Shown one piece after another: positions 1 to 9,218 of a stretch of 57,340 nucleotides of DNA (the stretch's first letter is position 1; every line of letters begins with the position of its first letter). The stretch spans positions 1 to 57,340 of the forward strand of contig JBARKH010000644.1 in the NCBI GenBank assembly GCA_049801295.1. The letters are read 5' to 3'. This DNA is from Stellaceae bacterium. GTDB lineage: Bacteria; Pseudomonadota; Alphaproteobacteria; ATCC43930; CGMCC-115725. The notes below the pieces were generated by a model. It saw nothing but the letters and a program-made list of their open reading frames with translations, ran no database searches and was not told the origin of the DNA. Made by a program: the position numbers and the translations under genes.

Positions 1-790
1 GGGCCGCGCCGCCGCCGCCCCCGGCGAACGGCCCGCCGCCCCCACCTGGAGCGGCCGGCTGCACCAGCCGGTCCTTGATCTTTTCGAAGAATGGGCCGTG
101 CGAGGTCCATTCCGGGTTCCACAGGCCCGGGGTTGCATGCACCGCCGCGGTGATTTGGAGCCGCTCCAGCTCCGCCCAGAGCGGCTCGTAGTACGGGTGA
201 TTTAGATACCGGTCTTCGACGAACATCGGTCGGATGAAGACGGCGCGGAATGACGGCAGCCGAGCCAACCGTCCCAGTTCTTCCAGCGCGAAATCCATGT
301 TCTGCAAGGGCAGGATCGCGGCGGCGAAGAGGCGCTTCGGCGCTGCCTTGCAGAAATCGCCGATCCAGTCGTTGTAGGCACGGGCCAGCGCGTAAGCCAC
401 ATCCGGGTCGCGCACCAGAGGATACCCCTCGGCGAACCAATTCGGGTATAAGAGCGTCTGGTCGACGCCCATCGCGTCCATGTCGGCAAGGCGGGCATGC
501 GGGTCCGAGGCGCCCTCGGTCATCGGATGGCGGGTGTGCGGGTCCAGTTCGCCGATCTCGTCCCAGGTCATCCCGGGCCGCCACAGCGCATACCGTGGTA
601 AATTCGGGTTTCCCCTGTCGCGGAACACCTCGCCATTGACCTTCAGGTAGGAGACCGTCCGCCCCTCCTGGCGCCACAATGCATGCTTGCCGAGCGTGCG
701 GTATTCCGGGTCGAGATATTTCTCCCACAATGCCGGCGGCTCGACGACATGGCTGTCGCTGTCGAACACCGCGAAATCCTTCGTCGTCAT
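1..790 (-). CDS. amidohydrolase-2 family protein (metal-dependent hydrolase fold); 3' end runs off the window
   Basis: Absent from the ORF track because it has no stop inside the window. My reverse-complement translation from the ATG at 788-790 reads MTTKDFAVFDSDSHVVEPPALWEKYLDPEYR...LYPNWFAEGYPLVRDP...FIRPMFVEDRYLNHPYYEPLWAELE. It is clearly paralogous to the next gene (MTKDFATFDCDAHVTEPPLIWER...). Confidence 0.7.
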   Translation of the reverse strand, partial: MTTKDFAVFDSDSHVVEPPALWEKYLDPEYRTLGKHALWRQEGRTVSYLKVNGEVFRDRGNPNLPRYALWRPGMTWDEIGELDPHTRHPMTEGASDPHARLADMDAMGVDQTLLYPNWFAEGYPLVRDPDVAYALARAYNDWIGDFCKAAPKRLFAAAILPLQNMDFALEELGRLARLPSFRAVFIRPMFVEDRYLNHPYYEPLWAELERLQITAAVHATPGLWNPEWTSHGPFFEKIKDRLVQPAAPGGGGGPFAGGGGGAA

Positions 791-848
791 TCGCCTCTCC
801 CGCATACCCGTTGCCCGATTCCAGCGAGCCCACCCGAGGGAACTTGGC

Positions 849-2237
849 CTAACTCCGAGTGACCGCCGCCTCCGGGCGCAGGGAGGCGCGGATTTCCTCT
901 TCGGTCGGCCACCACTCCGGGCGCTCGATCTCGGTGACCCGCTCACGGATGATCCTGGCCGGCGCCTGGACCTTGTAGAGGCGGCGGGCGTTGGCGCCGA
1001 GGAACCTCGCCTGGTTCTCCTTCGGCAGGTCGTATTTCTGCATCGTCTCGATCGCCCGCCAGGCGTCGTCGCCGTCGTGATGATAGACATCGGACGACCA
1101 GCACAGGATGTCGCCGTAGAACTCCGGGAGGCGCGCCGGCGGCGCCTCGTCGCCCTCGAAACCGGTCATGCAGTGCTCGAAGAAGGTCTCGCTCGGCAGG
1201 CGCTTCAACGGCGGCAGCTGGCGCTCGTTGCGGTAGAGCCGATACGCCTTGTCGCATTCGTCAACGAGGAAGCTCAGCCAGGTCGAAGACGCCTCGAACA
1301 CCGCGGCATTGATTTTCGGATGGCGATCAAAGAACCCGGACATCAGCACCATCGTGACCCAGAGCGCCGCTTCCGACTGGAAGTTCTGCACGTTTGTCAG
1401 GAAGGAATGCGGCAACCCGGCGGTCGCGACGGTGCGGCGGATCAGTTCGGCTCCGGAATACTGCTCGCTGTAGCCCGAAGGCTTTGAGCTGCCGAAGGCC
1501 GGGAACGGGTGCATGCCGTAGACCATGCCGGTCTCCTCCAGCGCGTCCCAGACAGGCTCGTATTTCGGCTGTGTCGGGTAATTGCCCAGCGCATCCATCG
1601 GGCGGACCAGCGCCACGCGGCAACCCAGCGCCGCCACCCGCCGGATCTCCTCGACCGCGTAATCGGGGTGCTGCATCGGAATGAGCGCGGCGAAGAACAG
1701 CCGTTCCGGATCGGCTCGCGTGTATTCATACGCCCACTCGTTGTAGGCGCGGCAGCAGGCCTTGGCGCCGAGCGCATCTTCGAGCCACGGATAGATGTCG
1801 ATCTCGGTCGGGATGATCATGACCTGATCGATGCCCTGGACGTCCATGTCCTTGAGGCGCGGCTTCGGCTCGTAGGAGCCGGCGTGATCGAGATAAGCGA
1901 CCTGATCCTGGGTCAGTGCCGTCTTCGGGTTGAGGTTGCGCACGTTGAGGGCGCGCTGGATGTCGTGCTTGACCCCGGGGCCGGCATTGGTGATGACCCG
2001 CATCGTCCCGGGGATGCCGCCCTTGCGCGGCGAGCCGAGGCCGATCCCGGCGCGGCCGTTGACAAGGAGGAGCCGGCTGTCAGCGTCCCACCAGATTGTC
2101 CGCTTCAGGGCGTCAAGTTCGTCGCGGGTCAGGAAATCCTTGGCGCGCTCCCAGATCAGCGGCGGCTCCGTGACGTGCGCGTCGCAGTCGAAGGTGGCGA
2201 AATCCTTGGTCATCGGTGCGAAACGTTGAACCGGCAT
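849..2237 (-). CDS. amidohydrolase-2 family protein
   Basis: Track ORF 849..2252. I chose the ATG at 2237 because GAGGAG lies 7 nt upstream; an alternative start is 2213 (MTKDF...). N-terminal D-x-H-V-x-EPP and internal HP...ALGCRVALVRP motifs are typical of the family. Confidence 0.8.
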   Translation of the reverse strand: MPVQRFAPMTKDFATFDCDAHVTEPPLIWERAKDFLTRDELDALKRTIWWDADSRLLLVNGRAGIGLGSPRKGGIPGTMRVITNAGPGVKHDIQRALNVRNLNPKTALTQDQVAYLDHAGSYEPKPRLKDMDVQGIDQVMIIPTEIDIYPWLEDALGAKACCRAYNEWAYEYTRADPERLFFAALIPMQHPDYAVEEIRRVAALGCRVALVRPMDALGNYPTQPKYEPVWDALEETGMVYGMHPFPAFGSSKPSGYSEQYSGAELIRRTVATAGLPHSFLTNVQNFQSEAALWVTMVLMSGFFDRHPKINAAVFEASSTWLSFLVDECDKAYRLYRNERQLPPLKRLPSETFFEHCMTGFEGDEAPPARLPEFYGDILCWSSDVYHHDGDDAWRAIETMQKYDLPKENQARFLGANARRLYKVQAPARIIRERVTEIERPEWWPTEEEIRASLRPEAAVTRS

Positions 2238-2271
2238 GATGGGTCTCCTCACCCGATGGTGATGCGTTTCA

Positions 2272-3270
2272 CTAGTCGTCTTCGAGCCAGCCCGGCGGCA
2301 CGGTTACCGCACCGCGGCGGGCGAGAATGGCGTCGATCTCTGCCATGTCGGCGTTGCTGATTTCCCAGCCGAGCGCGCCCAGATTTTCGGTCACTTCGGC
2401 GGGCGCGCGGAAACCGACGAGCGCCGTGCCGACGACCGGGTTGCTCAAGGTCCAGCGCAGCGCAAACTGCGGCAGGCTCTTGCCGTATCTGGCCGCCAGG
2501 CGCTTCAATTCCTCGACCGCGGCGAGGTTGCGCGGGAAATGCTCGGGCCCGAACAGGGTGCGGAACAGGTTGAGGCTGCCGAGATTGCCGCCGCGCGAGC
2601 GCCAGTCGTTTTCGTCGAATGACATGCCGGGATGGAACGTGCCACTCAGCATGCCGTAGGCCAGCGAACCGTAGGCCATCACGGCGATCTGCTGCGCTTC
2701 GCAATAAGGGTAGATCTCGGCCTGCATGCGGCGGTCGAACATGTTCCACGCATATTGCACGACGTCGATCCGGCGTAGACGCATGCACTCCTCGATCTGC
2801 GCCGGGCGGAAGTTCGACACGCCGACGTAGCGCACCTTCCCCTGCCGAACGACCTCGTCGAGCGCGCCCATCGTCTCGGCGAGCGGCGTACTGGGATCGG
2901 GCCAATGCACGAGGTAGATATCGACATGGTCGGTCCGTAGCCGCTGCAGGCTCTTGTCGATCGAGGCGAGGACGCGTTCGCGGCTGCTGTCGCGGCGGTT
3001 CGGCATCTCCTCGTAGCCGACGCCGAATTTGGTCGCGATGACGACATCGTTTCGGCGGCCGCCGAGAGCCCGCGCCAGCGCCTCCTCGGAGACGCCCATG
3101 CCGTAGGCCTCGGCCGTGTCGAAGCAGGTGATGCCGCTGTCGAGCGCCCGCGCGACCGCGCGCTGGAACTCCGCCTCCTCAATCCGGCCATAGGTGCCGC
3201 CGATCTCCCAGCACCCGAAGCCGAGCGCCGAAACCTTGAGGGCGGTTCGCCCGAAATGCCGGAACTCCAT
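2272..3270 (-). CDS. aldo/keto reductase family oxidoreductase
   Basis: Track ORF 2272..3327, trimmed to MEFRHFGRTALKVSALGFGCWEIGG with GGGAGG upstream. Contains the AKR signatures FDTAEAYG, DIYLVHWPD and VRYVGVSNF. Confidence 0.9.
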   Translation of the reverse strand: MEFRHFGRTALKVSALGFGCWEIGGTYGRIEEAEFQRAVARALDSGITCFDTAEAYGMGVSEEALARALGGRRNDVVIATKFGVGYEEMPNRRDSSRERVLASIDKSLQRLRTDHVDIYLVHWPDPSTPLAETMGALDEVVRQGKVRYVGVSNFRPAQIEECMRLRRIDVVQYAWNMFDRRMQAEIYPYCEAQQIAVMAYGSLAYGMLSGTFHPGMSFDENDWRSRGGNLGSLNLFRTLFGPEHFPRNLAAVEELKRLAARYGKSLPQFALRWTLSNPVVGTALVGFRAPAEVTENLGALGWEISNADMAEIDAILARRGAVTVPPGWLEDD

Positions 3271-3280
3271 AGGCGCCTCC

Positions 3281-3505
3281 CTATTGTGCAGCGATTGACG
3301 AGGGCCGCTCCGCGAAACGCCGCTCAATGTCCCGCCGCACCTCCACGGCCGGCAGCGGCCGGGCGACGGTCGGCGCCTGGTTGAGGAACATCGAGCCGAA
3401 ATCGCCGGCGCCGATCAGGCCGTCCCGGACAGGCTTTCCGGCGGTGGCGCGCGGTTGAAGCGGGCGATGGAGGTTCATGGCCTTAGCCCGCCGCGGGGCG
3501 GGCAT
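3281..3505 (-). pseudogene. possible N-terminal remnant of an NAD(P)-binding oxidoreductase
   Basis: The 74-aa ORF carries a Rossmann-like GLIGAGDFGSMFLNQAP motif but ends after about 65 residues, directly upstream of the AKR gene. There is no matching C-terminal part. Confidence 0.3.
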
Positions 3506-3659
3506 ACCTCAACATCACCCACGCTCCGCAGAATTTGAATTCGGAATTCCATATTAGTCACAACGACCGCGGCGAATAAAGCTCGGCCGATCTGGGCGGA
3601 TGCACCCGCATCGTCAGCGGATCACTCACGGTGACCGAATTGATGTTCCCAAGACGGCA

Positions 3660-4100
3660 TCCTTACGCCGGCCGCAATGGCTGAAGGGCTTGTCGGTGGC
3701 GACGGGTTCGCGGCCGACGCCAGCCTGATCAAGGCGGACGCGAATAAGCAACGTTTTGCCGAAGGGTCGGAAGAGGCCGGCCGGGGTTGATGGCGGCGAC
3801 CCGCCGCCCGGTCAGGGAGTATCTCGACACGCTGAACGATGCTGCCTGCGACGCTGCCGGCCAGGTCACGCCGAAGTTCATCTCCAAGTCAGACCCGGCC
3901 GCGCAGTCGACCGGAGCGCTCAAGCGGCATGCCTTCTTCGCCCCCGCCGCCAACTCTCTGATCGACCTCGACCACGCCGTCGTCGTCGATGTCGAGGCGA
4001 GCCAACCCCGGCGTGAGCAGAGCCCGGCCCGCGCGACGCCCCCCGATGATCGAACCAGCGCCGGATTCCCCACAGACTTTTTTAACAGGATCGGCACACG
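3660..4100 (+). mobile_element. IS1182/IS5-like transposase internal fragment (pseudogene)
   Basis: Translations ...ADASLIKADANKQR... and ...PVREYLDTLNDAA..TPKFISKSDPAAQSTGA...SLIDLDHAVVVDVEASQP resemble the central region of IS1182-family transposases. A stop sits between the pieces, and there is no N-terminus, no DDE C-terminus and no inverted repeats. Confidence 0.55.
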
Positions 4101-4214
4101 GCTCACAATCGGCGCGCTTCGGTGGCGTTCTTCCGGACAGATGGGACGAGATTGCGTCGCGGCGGATCGGACCTTAAGGTCGCGCCGCGAGGGTGGTCGA
4201 TCAGGGAGGGGCGG

Positions 4215-5276
4215 ATGGACAAGCGCATCGTCGTCGTCGGGGCCGGGGCGATCGGCGGGTATACCGGCGGGAACCTCGCGCATAACGGGTTCGACGTGAC
4301 GATCGTCGATCCGTGGCCCGAGCATGTCGAGGCGATCCGCAAGGACGGGCTGTCGCTCGAGGGCATCACCGCGGAAGAATCGGTCGTGGCGCACCCCAAG
4401 ATGCTGCACCTGACCGAGCTGCAACACCTCTCGAAGGAGCGGCCGATCGACATCGCCTTCATCTCGGTCAAATCCTATGACACCGAATGGGCGGCGACGA
4501 TGATCCGGCAGTATCTCGCGCCGACCGGCTACGTCGTCTCGTTGCAGAACTGCATCAACGAGGAGCGCATCGCCGGCATCGTCGGCTGGGGCCGGACGGT
4601 CGGCGCGATCGCCGCGATCCTTTCGGCCGAGCTATATGCGCCGGGCAAGATCCGCCGCACCGGCGCCAAGAACCCGCCGGGGCACGAGGTCTACCGGGTG
4701 GGCGAGGTGCATGGGCGGATGACTCGCCGAATCGAGGAATTGGGCGCGATGATCCGCACCGTCGACACCTGCAAGGTGACCGACAATCTGTGGGGCGAGC
4801 GCTGGTCGAAGCTGTGCGTCAACGGCATGCACAACGGCGTCTCGGCGGCGAGCGGCCTCTCGGGCAACGCGATGCGGCAGGACGATCGGATCCGCAAGGT
4901 CATCATCAAGCTTGGCGGTGAGGCGGTGCGGATCGGCCAGGCCTGCGGCTACAAGCTCGAAGACATTGCCGGGCAGGATGCCGAAAAACTCGCGCGCGCC
5001 TCGGAAGGCGACTCGGCCGCGCTCGACGAAGTTGAGGCGCTGATGCTGGCGCTCCGGAACACCCAGCAACGCAGCGAGCACCAGCGGCCCTCGATGGGAC
5101 AGGACATGCAGAAGGGACGGCGCACCGAAATCGACTTCATCAACGGCCTCATCGTCGAGCGGGGCCGCGAAGTTGGCCGCCCCGCCCCGACCCACGAAAA
5201 GCTGATCGCGGCGGTGAAACGGGTCGAACTGGGTCAAGCCTCGCCCTCGCCGGAGCACCTCTACTCTATCGCATAG
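4215..5276 (+). CDS. 2-dehydropantoate 2-reductase (ketopantoate reductase/ApbA) family protein
   Basis: Track ORF 4122..5276, trimmed to MDKRIVVVGAGAIGGYTGGNLAHNGFDVTIVD (Rossmann GxGxxG) with GGGAGGGG upstream. Length and C-terminal domain are consistent with the family. Confidence 0.85.
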   Translation: MDKRIVVVGAGAIGGYTGGNLAHNGFDVTIVDPWPEHVEAIRKDGLSLEGITAEESVVAHPKMLHLTELQHLSKERPIDIAFISVKSYDTEWAATMIRQYLAPTGYVVSLQNCINEERIAGIVGWGRTVGAIAAILSAELYAPGKIRRTGAKNPPGHEVYRVGEVHGRMTRRIEELGAMIRTVDTCKVTDNLWGERWSKLCVNGMHNGVSAASGLSGNAMRQDDRIRKVIIKLGGEAVRIGQACGYKLEDIAGQDAEKLARASEGDSAALDEVEALMLALRNTQQRSEHQRPSMGQDMQKGRRTEIDFINGLIVERGREVGRPAPTHEKLIAAVKRVELGQASPSPEHLYSIA

Positions 5277-5417
5277 CCGGAGCGCAAAGGCGGGCGGCGG
5301 ACCCGTCCCTATCTGGACGCCGGCGCGAATCGGAGTCGAGAGCGGCGCAAGTAGCGGGTGCGCCGCCTGTCCCCTGATGTCGATCCGGAGGGGACGGCTC
5401 GATGCTCGGGTTGCTCC

Positions 5418-5924
5418 TCATGCGACGGCCGATTCGCTGCCAACAGGATGGCCATCCTCGCGGTGAGTGAATTTGATCATCCCGGTGCTCAGGCCGCACA
5501 AGTCGGCACGGGCCGGATGGGATCGTGGATTGACAGAAGATTGTAACACCACTGGGACTTTATTTCTATTTTGATATCCAACCGCAAGATCCATCGGGCC
5601 GCATACTAAGACTAATAGTGTCACACCACCGACAAAAGGCGCGAGGACCGCAGCGAGTGGCCCCGATACAGCAGTAGCTAGCAATATAGTGACTGTCGCT
5701 GAGCCGTCTCCGCAAATCCCCGCCGCAGTGGGGTTGCCATCTTCACGCCGCTCTTGTTGAGCCTTTGTGGCGTGCAGCAACGCTTCTCCCTCGTCACCCT
5801 CGTTTGCGATTTCGCTCCTAGCTAGGCAATAAGCGCGATGCGAGCCGTGGATGACCCAAGCGAGGCGTTGCTTGTAGTGTGAGTCGGTACTCGCAACTTC
5901 GTGCACACGATGGGTTGATTTCAT
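5418..5924 (-). CDS. hypothetical small membrane protein in a lower-GC islet
   Basis: Internal ATG (MKSTHRVHEV...) of track ORF 5418..6296. The upstream part of that ORF overlaps the export gene and is rejected. It has one clear hydrophobic stretch (ILLATAVSGPLAAVLAPFVGGVTLLVLVCGP). Local sequence is visibly more AT-rich than the flanks. Confidence 0.3.
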   Translation of the reverse strand: MKSTHRVHEVASTDSHYKQRLAWVIHGSHRAYCLARSEIANEGDEGEALLHATKAQQERREDGNPTAAGICGDGSATVTILLATAVSGPLAAVLAPFVGGVTLLVLVCGPMDLAVGYQNRNKVPVVLQSSVNPRSHPARADLCGLSTGMIKFTHREDGHPVGSESAVA

Positions 5925-6040
5925 TTTTGTTTCCGGGTATTTATCCAGTTGGATTTGACGTGATATTCCGCGATTACCGGCGGCGCGGGGGTGTCGCGGG
6001 TACGGGAGCAGCCGGCAGCGGGGCACAAGGGGGACATGAG

Positions 6041-6655
6041 GTGCGAGGTAGGGGCCTTCGAGCCGGGGTGATCGCGGTCGCGTCTGCGTTGGCAGCGTGC
6101 GAGTATGGGCAGTCATTGCCGCCGGCACCGCCGGGGTCTGGCGGGGCGACCGCGGAGTATCAGATCGGGCCGGGCGATTCGCTAAGCGTCTTCGTCTGGC
6201 GGAACCCGGAGCTGTCCGAGAGGGTACCGGTGCGTCCGGATGGCCGGATCTCGATCCCGCTCGCGGAGGATGTCGTCGCAGTCGGGAATACCCCAACGGC
6301 GTTGGCTCGCGAGATCGAAAAGCGGCTGTCCAAATACGTCACCAATCCGATCGTGACAGTCATGCCAAGCTCCTTCATCGGCCCGTTCGCCCAACAGGTG
6401 CGCGTGATCGGCGAGGCGGCCACGCCCCGTGCGCTCCCTTACCGGGCGAATATGACGGTACTCGACGCGTTAATCGAGGTCGGCGGGTTGACGAAGTATG
6501 CTGCCGGAAACCGCGCAACCCTTGTCCGGACCGTCAACAATGTTCAGGAATCGTACGCGGTGCCTCTCGATCGATTGATCAACGATGGTGATATCACCAG
6601 CAACGTGGCGTTACAGCCGGGCGACATTCTGATCATCCCGCAAAGTTATTTTTAA
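6041..6655 (+). CDS. PEP-CTERM/XrtA-locus polysaccharide export lipoprotein (Wza/EpsE-like)
   Basis: Track ORF 5879..6655. GTG at 6041 has AAGGGGGA 6 nt upstream and gives a lipoprotein-type signal (...VIAVASALAAC). Contains the polysaccharide-export motifs YQIGPGDSLSVFVW, RPDGRISIPL and GDILIIPQSYF. Confidence 0.85.
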   Translation: MRGRGLRAGVIAVASALAACEYGQSLPPAPPGSGGATAEYQIGPGDSLSVFVWRNPELSERVPVRPDGRISIPLAEDVVAVGNTPTALAREIEKRLSKYVTNPIVTVMPSSFIGPFAQQVRVIGEAATPRALPYRANMTVLDALIEVGGLTKYAAGNRATLVRTVNNVQESYAVPLDRLINDGDITSNVALQPGDILIIPQSYF

Positions 6656-6721
6656 TCATTTTAGGTAAATGCTTTGGAGCGATGACCTTGTTTGGGTGCC
6701 GCTGACGCGGACCGGCTGCCG

Positions 6722-8293
6722 ATGAGCGGTGAATGGATGAAGGGAGTTCTCTACGAACAGGCGCTGTCCTACGCCCGGCAGCTTTGGCGCTACAAGTGGC
6801 TATCAATCGGCTTGGCGTGGGCGATCTGTGCTGTCGGCTGGGTGGTCGTCGCCTTGATCCCGCCGAAGTATGAGTCGTCGGCGCGCGTGTACGTCAATGC
6901 CGATCAGCTTCTGACACCGTTGCTCCATGGTCTCGCGGTCGACGCTGACCCGCTGCGTCAGGTAGAATTTTTACAGCGGACCCTGCTCAGTCGGCCCAAC
7001 CTGGAGCAGGTTGTCCATCTGAGCGACCTTGATCTCTCTGATCGAACCAAGATCAGCGAGAGCGACCGGGAGGAATTGTTGCGGCGACTGGCGCAAGAGG
7101 TGTCGATCAAGCCGCAAACGGCGAACCTGATTTCTTTGAGCTATCGGAGCTCCGATCCGGTAGTGGCAAAGAACGTTGTGCAGGCGCTGCTCACCGTATT
7201 TGCAGAAAACTCGACCGGCAGCAACCGCAAGGAAATGGAAAACGCAACTCGTTTCCTCGACCAACAAATCCAGAGTTACGAAAATCAGTTGCGGTTGGCT
7301 GAGCAGCAAACGGCTAAGTTTCACGAGAAGTATATTGACTTGTTGCCGGGGCTTGGCGGTGCGGAGTCGCATCTCGACGCCGCACGAAGCGCCGTGACCA
7401 AGCTGAAGCTCGATATCGCGGATGCACGATCCAGGCAGGACTCGTTGCAGCGGGAGCTTGAGTCGGTTCCCAAGTTTCTGAGCGTGGATGCCGCCGGGCC
7501 GCAAGTGATCATTGCAGGCAAGGCAATCGGTCCCCGCGCACAACTCGATGAGGCACGCGGAAGGCTCTCAGAATTGCAGCTGCGATTTACCGATCAGCAT
7601 CCTGACGTCATCGCGCTGCAACGCCAGATCGCCGTGCTTGAGGCAGCAGCTGCAAGAGAGGCGACTAACCCGGGGAGCAAGCAAAAGAGTGAGATTGCCA
7701 ACCCGGTGTACAATCAGGTGAAAGTACAGCTGGTCGAGGCGCAGACCACGCTCGCTTCGACGGAGCGGCGGCTGGAGCAGGCTGAGCGCGAGCAGGCGGC
7801 GCTCGAGAAGAAAGCGCGGGAAACTCCGGGGGTGCACGCCCAGGCGCAGGACCTTGATCGCGATTACGCGATCAAGAAAAAAGACTTTGAAGAGTTGCTG
7901 CAACGGCGCGAGCAGATGCGGATCGGCGAGGCGGCGGATACGACGGCCGACAAGATCCAGTTCCGCATCATCGATCCGCCCCAAATCCCGGTCATACCGG
8001 CGGCGCCGAACCAGCCCCTGCTGCTATCGGGCGTCTTTGCGCTCGCCATTGCCGGAGCGGTCGCAATACCCCTGTTGTTGCTGCAGTTCAATCGATCGTT
8101 CACGACTGTCACTAACCTCCGTACTCTCGGCCTTCCGGTGCTGGGCAGCGTGTCTTGGGTGGCGTTCCCCGACGGGCGACGCCGTGTCCGAATCCAGGTC
8201 GCGGCGCTGTGCGCCGGTGCAAGCATCCTCGTTGTCGTCTACGGCGTGCTGCTGACGATCAGCGCCAACCTATACCGATTGAACCTGAGCTGA
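6722..8293 (+). CDS. PEP-CTERM-locus chain-length determinant (Wzz-like) protein
   Basis: Track ORF 6692..8293. First ATG is 6722 (alternative 6737). N- and C-terminal TM segments flank a long coiled-coil-like region, the usual PCP architecture. Position 2 of the canonical locus. Confidence 0.85.
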   Translation: MSGEWMKGVLYEQALSYARQLWRYKWLSIGLAWAICAVGWVVVALIPPKYESSARVYVNADQLLTPLLHGLAVDADPLRQVEFLQRTLLSRPNLEQVVHLSDLDLSDRTKISESDREELLRRLAQEVSIKPQTANLISLSYRSSDPVVAKNVVQALLTVFAENSTGSNRKEMENATRFLDQQIQSYENQLRLAEQQTAKFHEKYIDLLPGLGGAESHLDAARSAVTKLKLDIADARSRQDSLQRELESVPKFLSVDAAGPQVIIAGKAIGPRAQLDEARGRLSELQLRFTDQHPDVIALQRQIAVLEAAAAREATNPGSKQKSEIANPVYNQVKVQLVEAQTTLASTERRLEQAEREQAALEKKARETPGVHAQAQDLDRDYAIKKKDFEELLQRREQMRIGEAADTTADKIQFRIIDPPQIPVIPAAPNQPLLLSGVFALAIAGAVAIPLLLLQFNRSFTTVTNLRTLGLPVLGSVSWVAFPDGRRRVRIQVAALCAGASILVVVYGVLLTISANLYRLNLS

Positions 8294-9189
8294 TGAGCGA
8301 CCGAGGCGGCCTGATAGAGCGTGCGGCAGCCCGGTTGCGCGAGGGCACCAGCCGGGAGTCCGCAACAGTTGCGCCGGGCATACCCGGATCGCCGGCGGCC
8401 GCTGCGGCTCTGGCGCCGCCATTGAGCCGCAGCATCGTTCTTGACCGCAATCACCTCGCGCAGTCCGGCATCATGATGCCGTGGACGACAACAGCACGGG
8501 TCGTCGAGGAGTTTCGCATTATCAAGCGAAGGATCATGTTTCCCTGGCAATTGCCGGAGTATCCGAAGGCGCAAAACCGAGCGCCGAGGGTTGTCATGGT
8601 GACGAGCTCGCGTCCGCGCGAAGGGAAGACATACTGCTCGATCAATCTAGCACTGGCCTTTGCGGCCGAGGAGAACCTCGTCACCGTGCTGATCGATGCC
8701 GACGCCGTACGAGGAGATACCGCGAAAGTGCTGAGGATTTCTCCCAACCCCGGCTTCACGGACATCCTGAGCGGCGAGTCGCGTCTGCCCGAGGTACTAA
8801 TGCAGAGCGATATCCCGAATCTGGTGATTCTCCCTCCCGGCCTTCACGGCCCCCATGTTCCCGAGCTGCTCGCGGGGCGGGGACCAAACCTGGTTTTTGC
8901 CGAGATTGCCAGCCGCTATCCCGAGCATGTGATTATTCTCGATACGCCGCCTTGTCTGGCGAGCACAGACCCAGTGGCGTTTGCCCCGATCGTCGATCAA
9001 GTCGTGTTTGTAATCGAAGCCGGCTATACGCAGCGAAGTGAAATAGAATCGTCTCTGAGTCTGATAAGTAGCTGTCGAAATATCAGCTTTCTTCTCAACA
9101 AGACGCCAGTCGGATCGAGCGAACACTTTGGATCGTATTCATATTACTATAACCCCGAGACAACGACAGCCAAGGCGGGAGAAAATTGA
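8293..9189 (+). CDS. PEP-CTERM-locus tyrosine-autokinase-like P-loop ATPase (EpsG-like)
   Basis: ATG overlaps the previous stop (TGATG). Walker A-like VTSSRPREGKTYCSINLA, ILDTPP, and a C-terminal Tyr cluster YSYYY. Confidence 0.85.
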   Translation: MSDRGGLIERAAARLREGTSRESATVAPGIPGSPAAAAALAPPLSRSIVLDRNHLAQSGIMMPWTTTARVVEEFRIIKRRIMFPWQLPEYPKAQNRAPRVVMVTSSRPREGKTYCSINLALAFAAEENLVTVLIDADAVRGDTAKVLRISPNPGFTDILSGESRLPEVLMQSDIPNLVILPPGLHGPHVPELLAGRGPNLVFAEIASRYPEHVIILDTPPCLASTDPVAFAPIVDQVVFVIEAGYTQRSEIESSLSLISSCRNISFLLNKTPVGSSEHFGSYSYYYNPETTTAKAGEN

Positions 9190-9218
9190 CGCCCGCAACA
9201 CGGCGCCGTACCACGAGG

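Noticed and set aside
5418-6296. The full 292-aa minus-strand ORF overlapping the start of the polysaccharide export gene.
   Set aside because: Its N-terminal 124 residues are Pro/Arg-rich and antisense to a well-supported lipoprotein gene. Only the part from the ATG at 5924 is kept, and at low confidence.
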